Positions 17,831 through 26,052 of a stretch of 26,052 bases of DNA are shown one piece after another. Origin of the DNA: Arcobacteraceae bacterium. GTDB taxonomy: Bacteria; Campylobacterota; Campylobacteria; Campylobacterales; Arcobacteraceae. How positions within the stretch are numbered: position 1 is the first letter of the stretch; each line of letters begins with the position of its first letter. Location: the NCBI GenBank assembly GCA_048268245.1, contig JBLWVX010000035.1, forward strand, positions 1-26,052, in the 5' to 3' direction. The notes below the pieces were generated by a model. The model was not told the DNA's origin, did not search any database, and saw only the letters and a list, made by a program, of their open reading frames with translations. Made by a program: the position numbers and the translations under genes.

Positions 17831-18850
17831 ATGGATTTTAGATATATCGGGAAAAGTGGATTAAGAGTATCTTCTATTTGTATGGGAACAATGACATTTG
17901 GTTCTACTACATCTAAAGAAGAGGCTTTTAAAATAATGGATAAAGCTTATGACAATGGAATAAACTTTTATGATACAGCAGAGTTATATCCAGTACCACC
18001 AAAAGCAAATACAGCAGGAATTACTGAGCAATGGGTAGGTGAGTGGTTAAAAACAAAAGATAGAGACTCTATTATTTTAGCCACAAAAGTAGCAGGGGCT
18101 GCTTCTGGGTGGTTTGTACCACCTATTAGACATGGTCTTACAGCAATTGATTCTTTCCACATCAAAAAAGCAGTTGAGGGAAGTTTAAAAAAACTTGATA
18201 CAGATTATATTGATTTATACCAAATGCACTGGCCTGATACAGTAGTGCCAATTGAAGAATCATTAAGAGCCTTTGATGATTTAGTTAAAGAAGGAAAAGT
18301 AAGATATATAGGAACATCAAATGATAGTGCTTATGGACTTACAAAAGCAAATGAAACTGCAAAAAATAATAAATTATCAAGATTTGAATCAATACAAAAT
18401 AATTTTTCATTATTAAATCCAAGATTCTTAGATGAGTTATCAACTGTATGTAAAAATGAGGATATTTCATTACTTCCTTATTCTCCAATTGCAGGAGGTG
18501 TTTTAGCAGGAAAATATAACAATGGTTTATATCCAGATGGATGTAGATTTACAGCTTATATCAAAAATAAAAATCCAAGAGTTCAGGCAATGGCAAATAG
18601 ATTTGTAAATGAGAAAACTATTGAAGCCACAAAAAAATATATGCAATTAGCAAAAGAGTATGGGATATCACCTGTAACACTAGCAGTTGCTTATTCAAAA
18701 CACTTTGATTTTGTAGCTTCAACTATTATAGGTTCTAGAACACTAGATCAGCTTGATGAATCATTAGCAGCATTTGATTTCAAAATAGATGATGAACTTA
18801 TGAAAAAAATAGAAAAGGTTCAAAAAGATATTCTTTATCCTATGGGATAG
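17831..18850 (+). CDS. Aldo/keto reductase, Tas-like
   Basis: GTMTFG, GINFYDTAELYPVP, LATKV, DYIDLYQMHWPD, GKVRYIG, YSPIAGG. Confidence 0.95.
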   Translation: MDFRYIGKSGLRVSSICMGTMTFGSTTSKEEAFKIMDKAYDNGINFYDTAELYPVPPKANTAGITEQWVGEWLKTKDRDSIILATKVAGAASGWFVPPIRHGLTAIDSFHIKKAVEGSLKKLDTDYIDLYQMHWPDTVVPIEESLRAFDDLVKEGKVRYIGTSNDSAYGLTKANETAKNNKLSRFESIQNNFSLLNPRFLDELSTVCKNEDISLLPYSPIAGGVLAGKYNNGLYPDGCRFTAYIKNKNPRVQAMANRFVNEKTIEATKKYMQLAKEYGISPVTLAVAYSKHFDFVASTIIGSRTLDQLDESLAAFDFKIDDELMKKIEKVQKDILYPMG

Positions 18851-18853
18851 ATT

Positions 18854-18891
18854 AAAGATGAAACCAAAGGGTTTCATCTTTTAATTTTTTT
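18854..18891. terminator. Rho-independent terminator after the aldo/keto reductase
   Basis: AAAGATGAAACC-aaag-GGTTTCATCTTT followed by T-rich tract. Confidence 0.85.
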
Positions 18892-18892
18892 A

Positions 18893-19319
18893 CTATTTCA
18901 AAGCTTCTTTAGAGCTTGTATCAATAAGTGCTACAATAAATTCTTCATCATCCCATCTTCTTTTAATATCAGTTTCTCTAAGATTCTCCCTTAAGAGATT
19001 AGAGACTCTTTTTAGTACTTTATCTCCTATTCTATGGTTGATAAACATGATAAGAGAGTTGTCTAATTCTTGATTGTAATCTAGATTTATTTCTTGATAT
19101 GTTTGTGTATTTTTAAATTTAAAGTACCATTGATTATGAGCATTACTTTTATTGAGAGATTCTATAAGACCATTTTGTGTGTAGTAATTTTTTGTATTCT
19201 TTGAGACTAAAAATGCCACAAACATATTGTATTTATTTTTAATCATTTGTAAATAGTGCTTTATTTAAAAGCCAATCTTTTACAGATGTATCATGTGCCA
19301 TCATTGAAGAAACTAAATC
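18893..19319 (-). pseudogene. Decayed sensor diguanylate cyclase remnant
   Basis: Sensor fragments LVSSMMAHDTSVKDWLL and (different frame) HYLQMIKNKY...FINHRI fused to GGDEF fragment GDKVLK...RWDDEEF, then early stop. Confidence 0.8.
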
Positions 19320-19478
19320 ATTTTTATAAGGAGAGCTTTTCTTTTTTATTTGAATTATTTATGATAACTGAAATTTAGTTATAAATATTTGAAAAATAAC
19401 AATAAATAATTTCAAAATATAACAAGTATTAATATCTAAAATAGTATTATATATAACTTATTTTTATGAAGGATATAT

Positions 19479-22022
19479 ATGAATAACTTAAGTATATCAA
19501 AAAAATCTTCTTTAATTACTATTATAGTTACATTAGTGATGTTAGTTGTTGGTTATCTTGTACTTGACTATTACAAAAAAGATTTGACTTTAGAGACCTA
19601 TGCGAGTGTTCAAAAAGATTTAACAAACTTATCAGAACTTAAAATCCAAGGAAAATTTGATGTAGGTATCTCAAATGCTATTTCTATTTCAAATGATGGC
19701 GAAATAAAAAAAGCATTAGAAATAAATGAAAGAGAATATGCAATAACTGCATTAGAAAATTTATCAAAAAGTATGAAAAAATCAACACCTTTTAAAAATA
19801 TAAAGGTTCATATTCATACTAAAGATTCTTACTCTTTTTTAAGGTCATGGAAACTTGATAAATATGGTGATGATTTAAACTCATTTAGAAGTAGTGTTGT
19901 AAAAGTAAATAGCACACAAAATGCAGTAAATACTTTTGAAGTGGGGAAAGCTGGACTTAGTATAAGAGCAGTAGTTCCTGTATTTGATTCAAATAAAAAT
20001 CACTTAGGTTCACTTGAGTTTATGCAAGGTATAAACTCTGTTGCTAAGTCTTTTGATAAAATTGGTGATGCTTTTGTTTTACTTATGGATAGCTCACTAG
20101 CTGTAGCAAATATACCAGAAGATAAAAGACTTCAAAATTATGTAATTTCTCAAAATTTTATAAATGACAGCTTTTTAAATGATGCAAAAACTATTGATTT
20201 TAAAAAACTTATTGAAGATAAATATTTAATTTCAGATAAATACTTTTATTCATATGTAAATGTAAAAGATTTTAATGATAAGGTTTTAGGTATTGCTGTA
20301 TCTGCTAGACCAATTGAAAAGGTTATGAATTCTGTTGAGCATACATCTTCTATTATTTGGAGTGCTTTAACTATTTTAGTTATAGCTTTACTTATAAGTA
20401 TGATTGTTTCTATTGTAAATATGAAGAAAAATATCTTATCACCTATTTTAAATTTAAAGAATTCAATTGATGCGATAAAAAATAATAGTTCATCTGAATC
20501 TGAAAAGTTAAAAATAACATCAAACGATGAGATAGGAGATTTAGTTCAAAGTTTCAATGCTTATTTAGACTCTATACAAAAGGGTGTAGAGCAAGATAGA
20601 TTAGTAATAGAAGAAACAAAACTTATAATTGGAAAAGTAAATGCAGGATTGTTAAATGATACTATTAAAGGTACTGCCCATTCAAAAGAGGTAGACTCAC
20701 TAGTTACTGAGATAAATAGTATGATAAAAACATTACAAAAAAACCTACTTATTTTATCTGATTCATTAGTTGCTTTATCAAATGCACAGTATGATTATAA
20801 AATCCCACATATTGATGGTCTTACAGGTTTAATAGCTTCATTAATGAGTGGTACAAAAGTAACTCAATCTACAATCAATGAAGTAATGTGTTTAATTGAT
20901 AAATCAAATAAAGATTTAACACTAAGTGCAAATGAACTAACACTTTCATCTAGAAAGTTAAGTGACTCTTCAAATACACAAGCAGCATCTCTAGAACAAA
21001 CAGCAGCAGCTATAGAAGAAGTATCTGCTACAGTAAATAAGAGTAGCCAAAATGCTGCTAAAATGGCTGATTATGCACAAAGTGTAATTAAGTCAAATGA
21101 TAAAGGAAGAGACTTAGCCTCAAGAACTTCAAAATCTATGGATGAGTTAAGTAGTGAAGTAAATGATATTTATGAATCAATTTCTGTAATTGATCAAATT
21201 GCATTCCAAACAAATATTTTATCTTTAAATGCAGCTGTTGAAGCAGCAACTGCAGGTGAAGTAGGAAAAGGTTTTGCTGTTGTTGCTCAAGAAGTGAGAA
21301 ACCTAGCTAATAGAAGTGCTGAAGCAGCTAAAGAGATTAAAGATTTAGTTGAGAGTGCTACAAATAAAGCAAAAACAGGTAAAGATGTAACTACTGAAAT
21401 GATAAATGGTTATAATGAACTTGATGAAAATATTAATTCAACAATTGAGCTTATAAATGATGTTGCAAATGCTTCTAAAGAACAGCAACTTGCAATGAAT
21501 CAAATAAATGACACAGTAAATTCACTTGACCAAGCTACACAGCAAAATGCAACACTTGCTTCAACTATTAATCAAATGGCAGAAAATACTACTTCATTAG
21601 CTCAAGAACTTCAATCAGTAGTAAATAAAACAAGTTTTGATAAAGAAGCTCAAAAAAGAATCTGTAATACTGATATGATATTTGATTTAAATAAATTAAA
21701 ATCAGACCATATTGTATTTAAAAATATAAACTTCTCAGAATGTAAAGAAGGTTTTAAATTTAAAGTAAAAAATCATCATGAGTGTAATCTTGGAAAATGG
21801 ATTGATGCAAATGAAAATGAAGCATTTGCAAATACTAAAGAGTGGCAAGAACTAAAAGAGTCACATCAAAGAGTACATAGTATGGTTCAAGATACAGTAG
21901 ATTTATATGCTGATAATTACGATAATGAACAAATTTTTGTAGTAACTGAAAATATAGAAAAAAATATTGATGATGTATTCCATTTATTAAATAGAATTAG
22001 AGAAATCAACTGTGGTAATTAA
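19479..22022 (+). CDS. Methyl-accepting chemotaxis protein: Cache-type sensor, HAMP, MCP signal domain, C-terminal CZB domain
   Basis: Two TM helices, [37 protein letters not shown] motif [14 protein letters not shown]. Confidence 0.95.
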   Translation: MNNLSISKKSSLITIIVTLVMLVVGYLVLDYYKKDLTLETYASVQKDLTNLSELKIQGKFDVGISNAISISNDGEIKKALEINEREYAITALENLSKSMKKSTPFKNIKVHIHTKDSYSFLRSWKLDKYGDDLNSFRSSVVKVNSTQNAVNTFEVGKAGLSIRAVVPVFDSNKNHLGSLEFMQGINSVAKSFDKIGDAFVLLMDSSLAVANIPEDKRLQNYVISQNFINDSFLNDAKTIDFKKLIEDKYLISDKYFYSYVNVKDFNDKVLGIAVSARPIEKVMNSVEHTSSIIWSALTILVIALLISMIVSIVNMKKNILSPILNLKNSIDAIKNNSSSESEKLKITSNDEIGDLVQSFNAYLDSIQKGVEQDRLVIEETKLIIGKVNAGLLNDTIKGTAHSKEVDSLVTEINSMIKTLQKNLLILSDSLVALSNAQYDYKIPHIDGLTGLIASLMSGTKVTQSTINEVMCLIDKSNKDLTLSANELTLSSRKLSDSSNTQAASLEQTAAAIEEVSATVNKSSQNAAKMADYAQSVIKSNDKGRDLASRTSKSMDELSSEVNDIYESISVIDQIAFQTNILSLNAAVEAATAGEVGKGFAVVAQEVRNLANRSAEAAKEIKDLVESATNKAKTGKDVTTEMINGYNELDENINSTIELINDVANASKEQQLAMNQINDTVNSLDQATQQNATLASTINQMAENTTSLAQELQSVVNKTSFDKEAQKRICNTDMIFDLNKLKSDHIVFKNINFSECKEGFKFKVKNHHECNLGKWIDANENEAFANTKEWQELKESHQRVHSMVQDTVDLYADNYDNEQIFVVTENIEKNIDDVFHLLNRIREINCGN
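21189..21352 (+). repeat. Inverted repeat arm 1 (MCP signalling tip)
   Basis: 162/164 nt match to the reverse complement of 22426-22589; mismatches at 21262 and 21308 (manual alignment). Confidence 0.9.
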
Positions 22023-22050
22023 AATAGGGATTTTATCCCTATTTTAAAAA
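22020..22050. terminator. Bidirectional terminator between convergent MCP genes
   Basis: TAAAATAGGGAT-ttt-ATCCCTATTTTA. Confidence 0.85.
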
Positions 22051-22085
22051 CTACTCCAATCATTATTGCTTGAAGTATTAGTATT

Positions 22086-23549
22086 TTACTTGTTATTTAA
22101 GATATTGATATTTTCAGCTTTTACTTCATCCTTCCCAATAAACTCTTTCTCATTTGCATTTGAAACTATAAGTTTTGCCATTTCATCTATTTTTATTGCT
22201 ACATCGTTAGTTTGATTTGCAATTTCTGCATTTTGCTGAGTTTGTTGATCAAGAGAGTTTATTGAATCATTTATTTGAGTAATACCTTTTTGTTGTTCTT
22301 TTGAAGCACTTTCTATATTTGAAATTAATTCTATTGTTTTTGAAATACTCTCATTTAATTGACTATAACCTTTTATCATTTCATCTGATATGGCTTTACC
22401 ATTATTTGCTTTCTGCTTCGCATTTTCAACTAAATCTTTAATCTCTTTAGCTGCTTCAGCACTTCTATTCGCTAGGTTTCTCACTTCTTGAGCAACAACA
22501 GCAAAACCTTTTCCTGCTTCACCTGCAGTTGCTGCTTCAACAGCTGCATTTAAAGATAAAATATTTGTTTGGAATGCAATTTGATCAATAACTGTAATAG
22601 CTTCATTAATTGCGTTTACTTCATTATCTATTTTAGTCATTGCTGTAGTTGTATCTTCTGCAAGTTTTTTACCTTCATTTGCCGAAGAAGTAACATTATT
22701 TGCTAATTGGGACATTTCTATAATATTTTGAGTATTAGATGATATATTGCTTGTAATCTCTTCTAAAGCAGCAGCAGTTTCTTCAAGAGATGTGGCTGCT
22801 AAGTTAGAGTTTTTATTTAATGTATTAACATTTTTAAGTAATATATCTGAAGTTTTATCAAGTGTTAATCCATTTGATTTATTTTCAACTAGCATGTCAT
22901 TTATAACATCTGCTAAGTCATTTAATGCTTTAGCTGACTCTCCTAATTCTCCTATAATTCTTGGTGTAAAATCTAATTTTTGAAAAGATTTAAGAGAATC
23001 AGATAATTTATTTAAATCACCATTTACTTTTGATGATACTATATGAAACAGTTCATTAACACCATTTTTTAAATTTTCAATTCCAATATTTTCAGTTGTT
23101 TCTATAATTTTTTGTTCCATAATACCAGTTTTTGCAAGTTCAATTGCATGACTAATAGAATCAATTACTTTTCTTGAGCTTGTAATATCTTGTGCAAATT
23201 TAATAACTCTTGTAACTTTACCATTTTTATTTTTTACAGGTGTGTAAGAAGCTTGAATCCAAATTGAACTTCCATCTTTTCTAAATCTTTCAAATTCGTC
23301 AATTTTAGAAATCCCATTTGTTAAATCATCCCAAAACTTTTTGTACGCAGGAGAATTAGTATAAACTTTATCACAAAACATTTTATGATGATTTCCAACT
23401 ATTTCATTTAATGAATATCCTAAGGCTTTTGTAAAATTGTTATTTGCATTTAATATTGTTCCATTTGGTTTAAAAGATATAATTGCGAAGTTTTGATTCA
23501 TAGCTGCAAGTAAGCTAGACTCTTCTTCTGTTTTACTAAAATTAAACAT
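22086..23549 (-). CDS. Soluble PAS-domain chemoreceptor
   Basis: N-terminal PAS/PAC ([33 protein letters not shown]), no TM helix, intact MCP signal domain. Confidence 0.95.
   Translation of the reverse strand: MFNFSKTEEESSLLAAMNQNFAIISFKPNGTILNANNNFTKALGYSLNEIVGNHHKMFCDKVYTNSPAYKKFWDDLTNGISKIDEFERFRKDGSSIWIQASYTPVKNKNGKVTRVIKFAQDITSSRKVIDSISHAIELAKTGIMEQKIIETTENIGIENLKNGVNELFHIVSSKVNGDLNKLSDSLKSFQKLDFTPRIIGELGESAKALNDLADVINDMLVENKSNGLTLDKTSDILLKNVNTLNKNSNLAATSLEETAAALEEITSNISSNTQNIIEMSQLANNVTSSANEGKKLAEDTTTAMTKIDNEVNAINEAITVIDQIAFQTNILSLNAAVEAATAGEAGKGFAVVAQEVRNLANRSAEAAKEIKDLVENAKQKANNGKAISDEMIKGYSQLNESISKTIELISNIESASKEQQKGITQINDSINSLDQQTQQNAEIANQTNDVAIKIDEMAKLIVSNANEKEFIGKDEVKAENINILNNK
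22426..22589 (-). repeat. Inverted repeat arm 2 (MCP signalling tip)
   Basis: Reverse-complement partner of 21189-21352. Confidence 0.9.
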
Positions 23550-23753
23550 AAAAAATCCTTTCTTATTCTTGTTTATTTAAAATATAAACTTATAGTCTAC
23601 TCTTTAGTTTATGAAGTTATACTTAATGTTATAAATATCTGAGTATCAGCTTTTTACATAACAATAGAAAATAGTTTTTGTGTTCTATAACTTTTAAAAA
23701 GGTAATATATGCAAAAAATATAAAAACTTATAAAATATGAAAGATAAAATATT

Positions 23754-25436
23754 ATGAAAAAAATTAATACACTAGAAGAACTTACAGAATTTGCAGATTA
23801 TTCATTGATAAATACTCTTAATTGTGACCCTGATGCACAAGAAGATGGACAAAATCATAATCCAAGACAGGTTTATAGTGGACATTTTGTGCCAGTAGAA
23901 CCAACTTTTATAAAAGAACCAAAATATATAGCACATAGCAAAAAGTTTTTTGAAGAGCTTGGATTTAATGATGAGCTTGCAAAAAATGAAGAGTTTATGA
24001 ATATGTTTTCAGGAAATACTTCAAACTTACCTGAAGGACTTAAAAAAAATGGTTGGGCATGTGGATATGCTTTATCTATTTATGGTACTGAATATTATCA
24101 ACAATGTCCTTTTCAAACAGGAAATGGCTATGGAGATGGAAGAGCAGTTTCGATACTTGAAGCTGTTTTAAATGGTAAACGATGGGAAATGCAACTAAAA
24201 GGAGGAGGTAGAACACCTTATTGTAGAGGTGCAGATGGACGAGCAGTACTTAGATCAAGTGTTAGAGAATTTTTAGCACAAGAGCATATGAATGAACTAG
24301 GTATTTCTACTTCTAGGTCATTAAGTTTATATGTATCACAAAGCCAAACAGTAAAAAGACCTTGGTTTACAAAAGGTTCATACTCAAAAGACCCTGAGCT
24401 TATGATAGATGAAAAAGTAGCTATTTCAACAAGAGTAGCACCTTCTTTTTTAAGAGTAGGTCAGATAGAACTGTTTGGAAGAAGAGCTAGAAAACATGAA
24501 CACTTAGATGCAAAAGAAGAGTTAAAACAAATAGTCTTACATGCAATACAAAGAGAATATCCTGAAATAAATAATGATTTAACTTTAGAAGATAAGATAA
24601 TTCTTTTTGCGAAATGTTTTAGAGATAGACTTACAACTCTTGTGGCAAATTGGATAAGAGTAGGGTACTGTCAGGGTAACTTTAATAGTGATAATTGTGC
24701 TGTTGGAGGTTTTACGCTTGATTATGGTCCTTTTGGTTTTATAGATAACTTCTATCCAAGATATCAGCCTTGGACTGGTGGTGGAGTTCACTTCTCTTTT
24801 TTCAACCAGCCAGAAGCAGCAAGACAGAACTTTAAAATGTTTTGTATAGCTCTAAAGCCATTGCTTGAGGATGATGAAGAAGCACAAAAGTATATAGAGC
24901 AAATAGAAGAGAGCTTTACTGATGTGATGCAAGAAAAAATGGAAAAAATGTGGGCTAGTAAACTTGGAATAGTTGAGTTTGATGAAGCACTATTTAAAGA
25001 GTTGATAATACTTATGATTGAAACGAGTGTTGATTATACTATCTTCTTTAGAGAGTTATCTTCTCTTCCTAAAGATATAGAAGCTCTTAATAAAAGTTTT
25101 TATAAAAATATAGATGATAAACAAAGCTTAAAAGATAGATGGGAAAAATGGTTTGAAAAATGGAAGTTAGCTATAAATGACTCATCTTTATCAAAAGAAG
25201 AGCTTTCAGTAAAAATGAAAAAAATAAATCCTAAATACACACTAAGAGAGTGGTTTTTAGTACCTGCATATGAAAAAGCAAATGAAGATGACGATAGTTT
25301 GATTCATGAACTTCAAGAAGTGATGACAAATCCATATGCAGAACAATCAAAAGAAATAGAAGAAAAGTATTATAGATTAAAACCTGCTGATCTTTTTGAT
25401 ATAGCAGGCATATCACATGTAAGTTGTTCTTCTTAG
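23754..25436 (+). CDS. selO: Protein adenylyltransferase SelO/YdiU family
   Basis: [52 protein letters not shown]-terminal SCSS. Confidence 0.93.
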   Translation: MKKINTLEELTEFADYSLINTLNCDPDAQEDGQNHNPRQVYSGHFVPVEPTFIKEPKYIAHSKKFFEELGFNDELAKNEEFMNMFSGNTSNLPEGLKKNGWACGYALSIYGTEYYQQCPFQTGNGYGDGRAVSILEAVLNGKRWEMQLKGGGRTPYCRGADGRAVLRSSVREFLAQEHMNELGISTSRSLSLYVSQSQTVKRPWFTKGSYSKDPELMIDEKVAISTRVAPSFLRVGQIELFGRRARKHEHLDAKEELKQIVLHAIQREYPEINNDLTLEDKIILFAKCFRDRLTTLVANWIRVGYCQGNFNSDNCAVGGFTLDYGPFGFIDNFYPRYQPWTGGGVHFSFFNQPEAARQNFKMFCIALKPLLEDDEEAQKYIEQIEESFTDVMQEKMEKMWASKLGIVEFDEALFKELIILMIETSVDYTIFFRELSSLPKDIEALNKSFYKNIDDKQSLKDRWEKWFEKWKLAINDSSLSKEELSVKMKKINPKYTLREWFLVPAYEKANEDDDSLIHELQEVMTNPYAEQSKEIEEKYYRLKPADLFDIAGISHVSCSS

Positions 25437-25443
25437 GATATAG

Positions 25444-25833
25444 TTAGTCCCCAAAGTTTGCAAAAGCACTCTCAACATTTGGGATGTTTTTGTAATGGGT
25501 CTTTGATAGTCTCACTTTTTTTGTATTTAAATCACAAACTGCAATCCTAAAACTAGCTCCCATATATGGCTCAACAACACACACTATTTTATTATCTATT
25601 TGTCTTGTAGTATGAATTGTTCCTTGAAGGTCGTTGAAAAAGTACTTAGGATAACTCAAAGGAGTAATCTCAACTATATCAATAGCCTCTTGATTTTCTA
25701 AAGTCTCTACAATTAAAGCAGCATCTTCATAGCTATCAAACTGAATACACCAATCATCGAAATATTTATTAAAATGTTCTAAATCCTCATCTAGAAACCC
25801 ACCAGCCAAAGACTGTAACGCAAAAATAGACAA
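25444..25833 (-). CDS. Hypothetical protein (129 aa, TTG start)
   Basis: AAGGTGG RBS before TTG; natural composition; no recognised domain. Confidence 0.75.
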   Translation of the reverse strand: MSIFALQSLAGGFLDEDLEHFNKYFDDWCIQFDSYEDAALIVETLENQEAIDIVEITPLSYPKYFFNDLQGTIHTTRQIDNKIVCVVEPYMGASFRIAVCDLNTKKVRLSKTHYKNIPNVESAFANFGD

Positions 25834-26019
25834 AAAACCACCTTGAAATATGTAAAATTCTAAAAACGGATTTTAGCATATTTAGCTTTTAAAAATATAT
25901 ATTGAAGAAAAATATACGTAGTAAATTCTTTTGATTAGATTATTAAATTAATACGATATAAATAGTTCTTAATATAATCAAATAAGATATTTTATGAGAG
26001 TAATTTAAATAATATATTA

Positions 26020-26044
26020 TATAATACTAATTAGTTTAAAGGAG
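26020..26044 (+). promoter_or_regulatory. -10 box and RBS of a gene starting at or just beyond the window edge
   Basis: TATAAT 26020-26025 and AAGGAG 26039-26044. Confidence 0.55.
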
Positions 26045-26052
26045 TTATATTT

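Noticed and set aside
19388..19416. TTTGAAA-N15-TTTCAAA inverted repeat upstream of the MCP
   Set aside because: Short and AT-rich; cannot be told from chance or tied to a known regulator.
12270..25416. ORFs 12270-12557, 17968-18165, 22747-22983, 24585-24791 and 25231-25416
   Set aside because: Fully nested antisense to confident genes; no independent support.
25422..25436. Selenocysteine at the SelO C-terminus
   Set aside because: Ends SCSS then TAG; no in-frame TGA.
1..26052. CRISPR array, IS/transposase, prophage, tRNA/rRNA, defence systems
   Set aside because: No spaced repeats, transposase/integrase motifs, structural RNA signatures or evident compositional shift seen.

Overview
Very AT-rich, gene-dense chromosomal window whose protein families, AAGGA/AGGGA ribosome sites and promoter style suggest Campylobacterota, probably Arcobacteraceae (inference). 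Left to right: 3' end of a sensor histidine kinase; SPFH-NfeD-small membrane protein cluster; TonB-dependent receptor plus membrane polyferredoxin; a damaged HBM-type chemoreceptor; a HAD phosphatase; a candidate sRNA; a DsbD_2/TauE-like membrane protein; a 61-codon leader ORF before a BtuB/F/D/C-like uptake operon; AcpH and a degenerate metallophosphoesterase; a lone CbiA that seems to start at ATA; a small hypothetical; a SLAC1/TehA channel; a Tas-like aldo-keto reductase; a decayed diguanylate cyclase; two convergent chemoreceptors (Cache-MCP-CZB and PAS-MCP) sharing a 164-bp inverted repeat; SelO; a hypothetical protein. No rRNA, tRNA, CRISPR array or transposase seen. Best leads: the structured, strongly ribosome-loaded leader ORF where a cobalamin riboswitch would be expected, the ~125-nt sRNA candidate with anti-SD motifs, the chemoreceptor lacking 119 residues including the kinase-binding tip, and the potentially invertible segment between the two MCPs. 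Family calls come from motif recognition by eye; no searches were run.
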